Notes under the pieces: generated by a model
Databases searched by the model: none
What the model was told of the DNA's origin: nothing
The model's input: only the letters and a program-made list of their open reading frames with translations
Assembly (NCBI GenBank): GCA_028534125.1
Contig: CM052817.1
Span: 62,188,001-62,252,000, forward strand
DNA: 64,000 nt
Source: Lama glama
Taxonomy: Eukaryota
Reading direction: 5' to 3'
Translations under genes and position numbers: made by a program
Shown: positions 26,175 to 39,176 of the stretch, piece after piece
Position numbering within the stretch: the first letter of the stretch is position 1
Layout: each line of letters begins with the position of its first letter

Positions 26175-26514
26175 CTTAGAAATAGCTCAAGGTGATAAAA
26201 TGGGATTCATGGTAGTGTGAAAAACGATACATTCTCATGATTTTCTGGCCGGTTGAGTTGTTCTTTGTCACATCATCCTTAGTCTTTCTCTAGTGAAAGA
26301 CCACCAACGACAGCTCTGGGTCCCTCTTGAGCAAGCCCACCTCCAGCACAGCTCAGACCAGGTGTTCTCCTAATCCTCTGTCTGACCGCGTGCCTGCCAC
26401 ACCTGAGGGCGTCCAGCAGCGCTGATGCAGGGTGACGATACTGATGATGCTTGTCACGCTGCTGGCGAAATCAGACTGCTTCCCCACCCAAGGCATTCTT
26501 TCATGTGCGGAAAC
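26175..26514 (-). other. Candidate internal non-coding exon (5' UTR or lncRNA), 340 nt
   Basis: Acceptor cttcctcttatttggctag|GTTTCC and donor CTAAG|gtaaaa. GC-rich with about 11 CpGs in an AT-rich, CpG-poor background, no repeat similarity recognised, stops in all three frames. Confidence 0.5.
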
Positions 26515-26974
26515 CTAGCCAAATAAGAGGAAGTATTTCTTCGCCCCTTTTGATTTTCTTATTTTTATCTTGTGGTTATATGATTGGCAGTTGGAACTGC
26601 TTATTGACTTTTTATTTGTTTACTGGTTCCCATAATCTTTTCCTCAATCAATCTGACAGAGCTTTGGCGTTTTTTTTTTTAGGTGAAGGAATAGAGAGAA
26701 AGTAATATGCTGTAATATCATAAAATATAATCACATTCAAAAATAGCTATTGCTGTTTTTCAACTGTTATTGAATGGGCAAAATACTTCCTCAGTACTCA
26801 TTCACTTTCCCTCCCTCTCTCTATATAAATACCTTCTGTTTCACATATGTATGTGTAAACAGATACACAGCATCTATATCTTAAGCGGATACATAGTAAA
26901 TAATTATAAATTTAGAAACAAAAAATGAAACTATCAAACCAGTTACAGGATAATGTCATAATGTACACTATGGA

Positions 26975-27245
26975 TTTATTTATAAATTCAAGAAATATTT
27001 ATTGAGTGATAAATATGTTCTTGGTACTGTATAGGTATTAGGGGTAAAATCATAAACAAGAACCATCCCCTGCCCATAAAGGCCCCTATCAGCCTAAAAT
27101 CATTCTGATGGAGAATATAGTCAAGTTAACCTTGACTATAAAAATGAAATCCTCAGGAGTAATTCCTAGTTCAAGGGTAACTTCTTGTAATATGGAAACA
27201 TACAGGAGGTAGTTGTCTTAAGGGAAAGTCAGATAAAGCTTTTTG
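26975..27245 (-). mobile_element. LINE-2 fragment
   Basis: attcaagaaatatttattgagtgataaatatgttcttggtactgtataggtattagggg. Confidence 0.7.
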
Positions 27246-28399
27246 GATAAAATAAGTAAGAGTTAAGTTGGTAATGTTTTAAACCTTTTCCCCAAAATGT
27301 GATTATTATTAGCATGTATCCTGAGTTTAGGTGACAAATTTAAAAACAACATTTTTTTAACATTGTTTAAACATTGTTTAAAAACAATGTATTCAAATAA
27401 TTAACAAATAGTATTTCTTTTATTGATAGGTATACTCAAGACACTTAAGTGTATATGTAAGTATGCTCTTTGAATCTCCAGAGTACTTGATTAAGGTGGA
27501 GAGTCAAATCGCATACTGCAAAGTCACCACATGCACTCAGGCACGGAATGTGAAATAACACACAGTTGGTGAACATTTAGGGGTCACGTAGGGGTGAAGG
27601 CCTTGAGGCTGCTCTGCTAATCTTCAAATCTTAGAGGTGGCAGTGTCTTTGATCTGTCTGCCTTTTAAACAAGGGAACCTGGAAATATCTCAGATGATCA
27701 TTTGATCTGTTTCTGGTGGGGCAGGTAGTCCTCCAGCTGCCAGCCAACAACATGCTGTGCTCTCCCCACCAGCTAAACCCTGGGCTTTTATGTTGGAAAA
27801 AAACCAGGCTACCAGTCACATAGAAGGCTAAAGAAAGGGCTAATGAGAAAGGTCAGTGATTGGAGTGGCAACTAGGCTGCAGGTTCCAACTGCAACCTCT
27901 GCCCAGAGACAAGTGGTCACAGGGACACTGGAGTAGCTAAATGTGTAGAAGCATTGGTCCCAAGTGAGAACAAGAGGCTTTTCTGCTGCTAAGGGGAAGG
28001 GTGCTCAGGAAGCAGTAGGGGCAGAAACAGTCTCAGTTTAGGAAGACACCAGGCTCTCCTCATTCAACGGGCAAGAAGGCCAACTGTGCAATGAGTGGTG
28101 AACACAGGACAAGGCACAAGCAGAGGCTGAAGTTCAGGCGACAGACCATGAGGCAGAAGGATGCATGCACACATTCTCATGGAAAGCAGGAAAGTGGAGG
28201 ATGCAGCAGAGGACAGAATCTCAGGGAATCTCAGGACTGCAAAATCCTGCAAGTTGAAACTATGAGTAACCCACATGACTTACATGACTAGTGAGACAGA
28301 GAGACAGGGGTCACAGGGTGTCAGAAAATGTGGGATTTTAGAACAATCAGATCACTGTAAATGTAAATCTCAGCATATGCCTTATAGCAACATTTGCAT

Positions 28400-28550
28400 C
28401 CGTTTAATCATTTACACATTTATTCAACAGACCTATGCTGATTCCTTATTTTCAAATCACATATAGGGTACTTCTCATACCAAGATGACTAAGAAGCGGG
28501 TCCTTCCCTCTGGGGATAGTCTAGGGAGGGAAAGAAATATGTAAACAAAC
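28400..28550 (-). mobile_element. LINE-2 fragment
   Basis: catttattcaacagac...caagatgactaagaagcgggtccttccctc...tagtctagggaggg. Confidence 0.6.
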
Positions 28551-30971
28551 CAGAAATTTCTCTCCTAAGGATTTTTAAGCTCTACAACCATATCATTAAG
28601 TTATTAATATTCAGTTAAATAAAACTGCATTTTAATAAAATAACTGCTGATATTTACTATAAACGAGCGCTCTCAGGAAGTGCAAGATGAAGTTCATCAA
28701 TACAGGCACCTTCATGTAAGCTGAAAATACGAGCTTCCATAGAGAACAGCATCCCTTATTAAATTCACAAGGCACCATTTTTACCACATCACTGGAAAGC
28801 GGTGGATATGCAGAGGAAGAGAAACATCTCATTTTAGTGACCCAATACAATCGATGTGGAAACTATTGACAGTGCACTCCAGCATGAGGCTCATCTAAAA
28901 AGCTCTGTTTTGGTTTAGTTTTAAGGGAAAACATTTGGTGAAGGCTAAGTCTGGGAGGACCTGGAGCATCACTGGCAGGCTGTGTAATAATGAATTGGTT
29001 TCTACGGAAATGAAATTGTTACTGTTCGTTTTTGTCGTTTACAATTGATTCATGTGCTGCATCTGGCATTTTAATCTTAGCATTTGAGAGCCATTCCATC
29101 TTTCTTTAAGACATGAGAATTAGTCAAAGACAGTTAAAAGACGACAAGTATCGAGCACAGCATCACTAAGGAGAGTCTGCTTAGAGAAGTTTCTTTCCAA
29201 GCCTTAGGAATTGCTATTTGACAGTATCCTTTGTGGTATGAGAAAGGCTTTTTTTTTTTTTTAAGCTACAAAAGTAAGAGAATCTAAAATAGTGCTATTT
29301 TAAATTATTTAACTTATGAATATAATCACAGGTACTCATGCATTATCCACAGAAAGTGTAATTAAATATAGGATCCCATTTCACTAACAATACTTCCAAA
29401 TGTCAGAGATGCATTTCTTAAATATCTGTAATTGAAATGCCTTTGGGGGATTATTTGTTTGAATTTCTCTTATCAATCATTGTCTTATTTTCTTACCATG
29501 AATATGAAAAAAATTCCAAACAGGCTTCTGTTACCTCAATCTTTTGGGAGTGTCTTCCCACCTATCCTTCCTGTAAGTTATGAAGCTGAAAAAAATCATT
29601 ATAATTAAAAAAATTAATTGAAGGATCATTTTCAGTACTTAGAGTATTTACTAGTTTTCTGAATGGGGTTAAGCACTACGTTTTAACTTTGGGTGAAGCA
29701 AGTGAAGAGTTCCAACATTCAAATGAAATAACATAATTGGGTGTTAAATAATGAAAAAAATTCTTTTGGAGCTTTTCACAGAGAGATGATCCCGGCTGAA
29801 CGCAGGTCCCCAGCGATGGTGAGAACCATGTGACTGCCTGACATACTGCTACTAAGGCAAAGAGTCCCAAATGAAACTGCACGGGTCACCTGCAGGCTAT
29901 GTTAAATAAACAATAAAAAATTTAAAACAAATGGCTGCAAAGACTTAGGAACACTCATGAGGGGAAGAAGATGAATTATTTTAAATTGACTCCCTTCATC
30001 ATCCATTCCCGTTGCGGGGGGAGCTTCTCAAGCCACACTGCAGCCTGTAACTTCCACTCCCCAAAAAGTAAAGAATGAAGGGACTTAACCTGTGAAAATG
30101 GTCATACTGACACAATATGAAGTAGATAATTATCCAAATTCTCTAACGTAATAGAAGGAGATTCAAATATGTAGTCTCTAAAGTCCCTTTGAACTCTAAA
30201 AGTATATGATCACTGTGGAACACGACAAGATGTGGTGAGGTTCACGAAAAAGTTCTAGCTTCTCTGAAAGTCTTTGTCTCTTCTTCCATGTCAGAAGGAA
30301 GCCAAATAATCTTTATCTCACTTCCATCCTTTCTGAACACACTTGGTGGTTCTTTAAAGTAGATCTGCACCATCTTATGGGGGTAACATGTGCAATGGGT
30401 AAAAATGAATACAGACTATCCAGTAATTTATTTTAGGATCCTCAGCAATTTATATCTTAGAAATCAGAAAACCTAATGGTGACATTATATGTGTATATAA
30501 ATCGATCCAAAGCACCCAGGTTAAAAAAAATAGTTTGGATTTGCACATTTTATTTTCTTTCTAATATCAGGGCCAGAACTACAAATGAGTAACTTCCCCT
30601 GTGAGCTTCCTTCTCCTTTCAGCCCTGCACAGGCCCTGAACATGTATTCAGTCTTCAACAGTATTCAGAGCTTTTCTTTTCCATACTTTGACTGTAAAAC
30701 ACGACTGCTCCATATCTCATCCTATACTTTCTACGGTCCCAACAAGCTACACAAGTAAACTGGGTCATTCTCAAGGGCCTATATCTGGGCAAGAGCCATA
30801 ATATGTGTTTCAACAATAGATTTTTACATATAAGCTCTTTAACACTGGAAACTTTAGCCCAAGGAGAAGAAGAGATATTTGGAAGCTCCCCAAATAAACA
30901 TAACTATGTCCAAACGGAATCCATGCAAATTACAATTTAAGGTCTTGACATCCTTAGCTTAGTGAATATTT

Positions 30972-31190
30972 TAATTAATTCACTTAGTAAACATTCCTAT
31001 GTTATGTCACACAATGTCGTAGTGCTGGGGATACTGCCTTGAACAAAATAGGCAAAAATCTTGGTGTTTATGAAGCCTAAAATCTAGTAAAGGTAACAGA
31101 CAATAAGCAAGACATCCAATAACAGATAATCAACATACAATGTACTACATATACACTGCACATATGTGAGACAGTTATTAGGAGATAAAT
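30972..31190 (-). mobile_element. LINE-2 fragment
   Basis: agtgctggggatactgccttgaacaaaataggcaaaaatc...atctagt...cagacaataagcaag. Confidence 0.65.
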
Positions 31191-31578
31191 TGGACACTTG
31201 TAACTTATACAATTAATCTTTAAAATTAAAATATATAAAGGCATTTAATTACATTTTCCCCTATGTAACATTGGAAGCAGAGCAAGAAAAAACAAACCTA
31301 CACAGTAAAACTTTAGATGTTTAGGAAACATACTCCACCCCTTGGAGACATTGATTAATTAATTCTATACTTATTTAGTACCTACTGCTATCTACGAGGC
31401 TCTGTGCTTGAGTTGAACTATGGCTACAAGGCTGAATAACATTTAAAAAATCCCAACCCTCATTCAAAAATCCCAACCCTCAAAGGAAACTCACACTTTT
31501 ATATTTTTAAAAGCCATTAGTAAATCTCATCATACTGTTACTTTCAGCAATGAGAGATATTTTCCTTCCTAATAAATA

Positions 31579-32114
31579 TGCTGGTTTAAAGATATGTTCA
31601 CAAGTTCCTTGATGCTACGCCCCTCAAGAGGTGCAGCCCAATTGCATTCCAATTGGTTGGGGACTAGAACTAGTGACTCCCTTCTAACAAACAGAATGAG
31701 GTGGATGTGATAGTTTGCAAATTTAGAGAATGGGTTGTGAAAGGCAAGTGGCTTCCTCCTTGCCCTCTTGCTCTCTGTGAGATCACTTGCTCAGGGGAAG
31801 CCAGCTGGCATATTGTGAGGACACTCCAACCATGATGAGAAAGTGAAGCCTCCTGCCAACAGCTACACAAGTGAGCCAACATGAAAACATACCCTCCAGC
31901 CCTAGCTGAGCTTTCAGATGACTCTGGCCCCTGCTGATGGCTTGACTGCTACCTCTTGAGAGATCCTCTCAGACCCAACCAACTAAACTCCTCCATGATA
32001 TCTGATCTTCAGAACCTGTATAAACACAATGCTTATAAATGTTACAAAATGTTTCTGTTTTAAGCTGCTAAATTTGGGGGTAACTTGTTACACAGCTAAT
32101 AGATAACTAATGCA
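31579..32114 (+). mobile_element. MaLR solo LTR (MLT1F-like), near full length
   Basis: TG...CA ends; ggggaagccagctggcatattgtgaggacactc, cctcctgccaacagc, tgttttaagctgctaaatttgggggtaacttgttacacagc...gataactaatgca. Confidence 0.9.
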
Positions 32115-33385
32115 ATCACATTTTTGGAGGGCAGAGAAGGCAAAAGATTCCAGAAAATGCAATTGGGATGTGTGTGTGTGTGTGTTTGTGTAAAGAGAGT
32201 CACATAAAGAACAAGCATAGATATAAACAGGGAAGGAGAGAGGAGAGAGAGAATAGAACCTTTGCAATATACATTTATATTCTTTTCCAATTGTCCCTGG
32301 AATTTACAGTCATTATCCTTTAGCAACATAACCCATATTTGATCAAAATCATCACAGATTCTAAAGTTCTGAAGAGACACAAAATTACGTGAAAGTTAAG
32401 TGAAGCCCTGTGTCCGAACAGTCACTGCATAAAGTATTGTTTCCAGGAGGACCTCTGAGGAATGGCCAGTATTTTAAAGGTAAGGATGAATGAGCAACTT
32501 AACATGGATCCATTTATCAGTTTAACTTGGACTACCTAGTCAGCAGAGGATGGAACATACCACAAGTACATCACTACATCACAACACCTGGGGAGGTAGG
32601 GACTGCAACTTTGAATGAATACTGCCCTGGTAGGGGTAGCCCTTCTTGAGTCCAGTGTGAGGATGAGGGGAGGGTGGTGGATAATAAAGGGCAGTGAGAA
32701 GGGCCAGGAAAAAAACTGCAGTAGCAATATGTGACTGCAATAAATTATGAGTGAACAAAGTGAGTACTCAAAACAAAGTCAGGCTATTTCATAATAGGTT
32801 TTGAGATGGGTCAGATATTTATCAAGTCGTATGCTTAACAAACATTTATAACCAGAGCAGGAAAATAAGCAACATTCTGGTTTGATAAATATGGGTGATA
32901 AACAGAACTCATTTCTAGCAAGTCCAAATTACCCTTATGGTCTATTTGCTTAGCTAAGCAGAAAGTACTAATTATTCTTTTTAAACTACAAGAACCTGCC
33001 TTGGTTAAAAAATGTATGAAATATTTAATCTCTCAACAAGATAGATTAATGCTGAAAAAGTTCTTGCTATGTATGGTGAATGTTGGGAAACAATTTCTTT
33101 TTTTCCTCGTTAAAGAAAAGATACAAAGATGGATACCATTATCCAAGTAAAACTGCGGGGAGCCACTCATGACCTGAGGACTGCCAAGCACAGAACGGGA
33201 CGGAAAATCCCAAAGTGCTGGCGTCAGGCTCTGAGATTGATCTAGCAAAGACAATCTCTGTCCCGCCACCCCTTTGAAGAAGAATGCACCAGGTGTTCTA
33301 AAGCTCTAGGAACATCCAGAGCTATTAAGTCACTGATGACCTTAGAACAGAGAGATACAATCAGCATACAAGTTAGTGATCTCAG

Positions 33386-33885
33386 NNNNNNNNNNNNNNN
33401 NNNNNNNNNNNNNNNNNNNNNNNNNNNNNNNNNNNNNNNNNNNNNNNNNNNNNNNNNNNNNNNNNNNNNNNNNNNNNNNNNNNNNNNNNNNNNNNNNNNN
33501 NNNNNNNNNNNNNNNNNNNNNNNNNNNNNNNNNNNNNNNNNNNNNNNNNNNNNNNNNNNNNNNNNNNNNNNNNNNNNNNNNNNNNNNNNNNNNNNNNNNN
33601 NNNNNNNNNNNNNNNNNNNNNNNNNNNNNNNNNNNNNNNNNNNNNNNNNNNNNNNNNNNNNNNNNNNNNNNNNNNNNNNNNNNNNNNNNNNNNNNNNNNN
33701 NNNNNNNNNNNNNNNNNNNNNNNNNNNNNNNNNNNNNNNNNNNNNNNNNNNNNNNNNNNNNNNNNNNNNNNNNNNNNNNNNNNNNNNNNNNNNNNNNNNN
33801 NNNNNNNNNNNNNNNNNNNNNNNNNNNNNNNNNNNNNNNNNNNNNNNNNNNNNNNNNNNNNNNNNNNNNNNNNNNNNNNNNNNNN
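33386..33885. other. Assembly gap (500 N)
   Basis: Run of N. Confidence 1.
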
Positions 33886-34611
33886 ATTGATCTAGCAAAG
33901 ACAATCTCTGTCCCGCCACCCCTTTGAAGAAGAATGCACCAGGTGTTCTAAAGCTCTAGGAACATCCAGAGCTATTAAGTCACTGATGACCTTAGAACAG
34001 AGAGATACAATCAGCATACAAGTTAGTGATCTCAGTTTACTTGAATAATTATCTTAGTTAGTGATCTTGATATGCGGGAACATTGACTTTAGTGTATGAG
34101 TACTATAAACAATGTTAATCTATAGAACAATATACGAGTTAATGAGCCCTAAAACAATACCTATGCCTACGTGCAGGAATGCACAAGATAGCTAGTTGAA
34201 ATTGTATAAATTAACTGCTGAAAATAAACTCAATGTCCATTCTTGGCTTAGCGTCTTGTGGGCTTCGAGTGAGACCCTCTCAACCCCATCTTTTAGTCTT
34301 GTCTTTCTTTTCTCAGTCCTGCAGCACAGGTTTCTGGACCTGATCGATTGTCGGCTGGCTCCGACAAAAATGACGCCAAATCAGAAAATTCAGAAATACT
34401 TTTCACACAACTCTTTAAATATAAATACAGGAAAAATGGCTGAAATTTAAAATCCTTTATTTTGGAGGGCCAAGAATGAGGGAGGGACATAGAGTAAGCC
34501 AGTGGTGAGGAGGCTAGAATTAAAAGCAGAAAAAGATTTTCATTGGGAGTATTGATTTTGGTTTGAAATTAGGTTAATAAAAATTATATATAGTATGTTA
34601 TAAATATAAAC

Positions 34612-34613
34612 AA

Positions 34614-34648
<35 letters not shown>

Positions 34649-34650
34649 AT
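34612..34650 (+). repeat. (AAAT)n microsatellite
   Basis: About 10 perfect units. Confidence 0.95.
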
Positions 34651-37014
34651 ACCTCAAGAATCTTCCTTAAATCTAAACAAAATCTAGCTTTGCAGAAAGT
34701 GGGAATCAGAGTCAGAGTGTATTTTGCCCAGGTTCTGTTTATTTCCTTAAGAATAAGGTCACAAACTATTATTTTCAAATCTATTCCAAATTTACAAAGC
34801 CTTTGAAATTAAACAGCATTGGTGTACATTAAAATACCTGCTGAAGAAATATCAAATAAAACTCGTTAAAAAGATTGAAATGGAAAATATTTGGCAGCTT
34901 CCATTTTATGGCTTTGCCGTAATAGTCTGTTATAGATGTTACTCAAAGAAAAATATTCTCCATTCTAAAGTATCTTAATTAGTCTGCAAAAGTGTAAATT
35001 AAATTCCTGTGATGAAGGGGTGAGAGGCCTTTCACTTCACATTTCCATCACAAGTCCTACTTTCCTACTTAAGGTTTCCAAAATATTCTCATGTGAAGTA
35101 GGTTCCAAAGTATTTATGACTTTTTTGCCAGGATCCCTCTGATATGGGAATCAGGGAAGAGAGATGACTACTCATTTTTCACCTATATAACTTTTTAGCC
35201 ATTGACACAATGCAGAAGTGTGTTTTCTAGGTTAAGGCTTTGTCTCATTATTCTCCACAAATTTAAATGTCATATGTTTCTGAAGTGAGGACATGAAGCT
35301 GAAGAATGGAAATCCAGAACGAATGGTTCATTTTATCCTTTGTAGCATCATTTGCAGCAGTATGTTCCCTGAGCTGAGCCCCATGGTACACATATAAATT
35401 CACCTTTCAATCATTTGTGTGGCTTAATGACACTGAGTAATAACACATTATCAAAGTGCCATTCCAGACACCAGCCAGGCATGCCAAACAGATAATCTGA
35501 CAATCGTTTCAGATTCATTTTCCACGAACAGAAACACTGTTCAGGCTTATTAACTGGCAAATCTGCATAAGGCACAGAGTAGAGCACAGAGCCTCCATTA
35601 GAAGCAGCAATCTATCTCATTAATGTAATTTACAAGGATATTTGGCCCGTTCTATTGTTTTAAAATCTAAAAAAAAAAGTTCCTATTCAACAAAGCTGTC
35701 ATTTATTTATAGCAAATTCTTACCATGTCCCTATGTGCTTCACTGAAATAAAAGGATCATAAATTGGTTAATAACAAAATTGTTACTCAGATATCTTATA
35801 TTTTGCTGCCAACAGTACAGAGCATTTGGAACTTAGCCCCTATTATGTTCTTCAAAATATAATCTGAGAGACTCACCCGATAGTAATTAATGATAAATCT
35901 TCTTTTATGGTTTGACTTTCGCTTCACAAGTTGACTTAAAATTTCCCCTTGGAACTTGTGATCAGGGACCTGTTGTACCATAAATATCTGAAACATGATT
36001 TTAATACAGATACACTTGCCTAAGATTTCTGCACTGTCCCTACCCATAGAAACCGGGGTCTGGGGTCCTGTTTTATTTTAACATCTATGAATGTGAAGTT
36101 CATCTGTGACTATGAAAGTTCTCACTATATAGCTGAGCAAAATATTCTCTTTTACTCTCTTGAAAGCTTGCTGCCTCTTTGAGCTTTATGAACAATGTAT
36201 TGTATCCTCTCCGCTTTATGCTGGGAAATGTCCCTGCATTTATCTTCAGATTTCATGAAAAGAGAAAATTCCATTTAGAATTCATGTCTTTAACAATGGT
36301 TTAATTTTCTTTCATTTTCTCCTGATATAGGTATAACTTTCTGTTAAATTGAGGTGACCTATTCTTAAGTATACATTTTCAAGAAAGCTATCAAAAGATA
36401 AAGTCTTACTAGAGATGGTCACATGCAGACAGATTTTCAAATCAGTGACCTATGCTGAAATTACTCCAGAAATATTAAGATCTCCACTTTTTTTATTCCA
36501 AGTCGAACATCAGGTGCACTGAAAACTTCTACATGGGGGAGGCAGTAGCCATTAATGACTTAATTATGAGAGAGTGAGGTCAGGACAGAGTCTCAGAATG
36601 GCAGAATTCTGGAAGGGAAATGTTTATTAGGATAATAGCTCCCACCTGACAATCTGTTTCTCTTCAAGGTCTAACTCCCTGGCATAGATTACAGAGTTTT
36701 CCAACCCTGATAGGCTACCAAGACAAAACACATTTTTCCTCAGCCGTCATTTTTTTCTGGGTTGGAGACAATGATATTTCATATAATCAAATTCCTTACT
36801 TACATCACCTAAACCTTCAGTGATAAAATCTTCCCTCAATGGTTCTGTAATCGATATTTTCCTTTCATTCAGAAAGCATTTGTATTGTTATTTTCCCCCA
36901 CTTGTGTTTATATTGCACAAAAATGTGCTTACATTCCTCGGAGTTGATTCAACTTCTGTGACTGGCCCTCTGCTACAAAGTTGAGATGCAGTCAAACTGG
37001 GCTTTACATATTTA

Positions 37015-37050
37015 CATACACACACACACACACACGTACACACACACACA
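37015..37050 (+). repeat. Interrupted (CA)n microsatellite
   Basis: catacacacacacacacacacgtacacacacacaca. Confidence 0.95.
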
Positions 37051-37234
37051 TTTTTGGTCACACATATAGTTTTAAAAACATATGGAATAATTGGATAAAA
37101 GCCAACACTTGAAGAACCAGAAAATGTAGAAACAGAAATCCATAATTATATATGAATGGAAGTATAAAATAAAAATAATGAATAATAAAAAACACTCAGA
37201 AAAACATATGAATTTTAATGTAAGGCTCATTAAA

Positions 37235-37410
37235 TTTCATAACTTGAATCCATTTGCCCATCCAGCACCAGAGCAAGAAAGAAGACTTTTACCAGAATCC
37301 TAGAAGCCCCCTCATGCTGTCTTCAAGTCGCTACTCACCACCCGCAAGTGTAACCACTGTTCTGACTTCTAATACCACAGATTAGTTTCCCCTGTCTGTT
37401 ACTTTTTGTT
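37235..37410 (-). mobile_element. LINE-1 (L1ME-like) 3' UTR fragment
   Basis: ccagaatcctagaagccccctcatgc...gtaaccactgttctgacttctaataccacagattagttt. Confidence 0.8.
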
Positions 37411-39024
37411 TGCTTTACAGAGCCCTGGTTTATTAAACACCCATTTATTTGTATCTGTATCATGAAGCTCATTCCTGGTGAAGGCGTTCCCACCTCCTCG
37501 TCCTTACAACAGCCTGCTCTGCACGCTAACAAGCGGCTCCATCTGGGAGTCACCCTGGGGTTCCACCTCCTGCTCTGTTCACTCGGAGTTGAGGTCAAAT
37601 GTCTCTGCTTTCCCGAAGATAAAGCCATAATCTAAGTTAAAATTAAGAGGTGTCTTTATATCTCTGTGCTCTGAAAACTGACTTAAAGATGGTAAGAAAC
37701 TTCAGGGACCCCATGAAAAATCCGTGATTGAAGAGAACAAGGGAGAACACAGAATATGAATCAGAGACCCATTTTGGGTCTTGCTTCAGTCATTTCCTTG
37801 TCTTTGCTCCATCACTCAATCTATAAAGAGGCAGTAACAATGACACCCAACTTGAAGAGTTGCTGAATTAAATGATTGCACATATTAAAAATACAAGTGG
37901 TGCTGGTGAATCCTACACACCAGGCCCTTTCTCTTCACTTTCGTTCTATGACATTTGGAATACTCAAAAACAAAAACAAAAACAGCACATCTTGCTCCCA
38001 GGAAACCTCTATGGTCAGTATTAATTTTTCATATGATTAATTTGTTGTTTTAATTCTCTCAATGCTTGACCCTGAATCAAAACTATTATCAGCAGCTTCA
38101 TTCCCTGAATTGGCAACATAATCACTAATGATAACAAAGTCTCCACTGCATTTTTTAGAGGAATCGAGTGTTTTTAAAGTCCATGTAATTATGCCAGACA
38201 CGCATTACGTTTCCCTGCATTATTACATACTACCGAGTACTGGTCAAGATCCCTAGTCAGATAAGCAAATACTTCTGAATAAAGACCATATGATACACAC
38301 TGTAGTAACTTAAGGGGGCCCATTTTATTCACTTCTATTAATATTCAGTAACCTAAGTCAGTTTGTCTAAATTTTACTTCAAACATATCATTTGATCTCA
38401 CTCCATTTCTTGGCCTTTCCTTTTAAACACATCCTTTCTGGAATTAGAGAACGTCCCTCCGGGCTCATTGCAGATTTCTCCAGTAATGAGCCCTATTTTC
38501 AGCGGTTAGTCATGCTCTCTTTCTTCAGATCTCTGATACATGGATTAGCTTCTCAGTAAATATTTCTGTTTGAAAGCAGTTGGTCTCCAGTCTTTGTAAA
38601 ATCTTAAAAAGGCCTGGCATATACCATCTCCACAGGGTACTTTGCCGTTGTAAAAGGAATGGCGGTTTGGAGATGACAGGCAGTGAGTTATTTTCTTTGC
38701 CCCAGAAGGTGATGGGAGATTACAGATAAAAACATTGCACAAATTACATAAAATCTTGCATAACCAAGTGAAATAATATAACTTTTAGAACTGGAGTGTC
38801 CATTAGTTTTGTTAGAGAACATTTCCTTTACTCTCTATCACCTTTCCTAAATTTAAAAACACAAATTCATATTTTGATAGAATTTCTAAAATGTTATAAT
38901 TTCTTCATATGCTACAAAGACCCATACATCTCACATTAACCAAAAAAAAAAAATCCAAAAAAAAAAAAAAACCCACATGCACCAGAAAGTCCTGTATCAC
39001 ATAAAAATTGCACAGGCTGAAAAG

Positions 39025-39150
39025 CAGCTGATGTAATAAGAGCCCCAGCTTTAGAACAAGGTCTGAGTTCCAAGTTCACGGCCCTTCCCAGCTGTAGGAA
39101 CTTGGGTGAATTTCTCATATCCTTGTTCATAAAATAGAATAGTGAGACTT
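39025..39150 (+). mobile_element. MIR fragment
   Basis: aagagccccagctttagaacaaggtctgagttccaag...cagctgtaggaacttgggtgaatt. Confidence 0.6.
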
Positions 39151-39176
39151 GAATTGCAATTGGGATGAATGCTAGA

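Noticed and set aside
33242..33927. Longest ORFs in the track (183-225 aa)
   Set aside because: They consist almost entirely of X translated from the 500-N gap
35925..35970. Resemblance to miR-125b arms (tccctga, aacttgtga, tcacaagt)
   Set aside because: The mature sequence is absent and the motif order does not match the precursor
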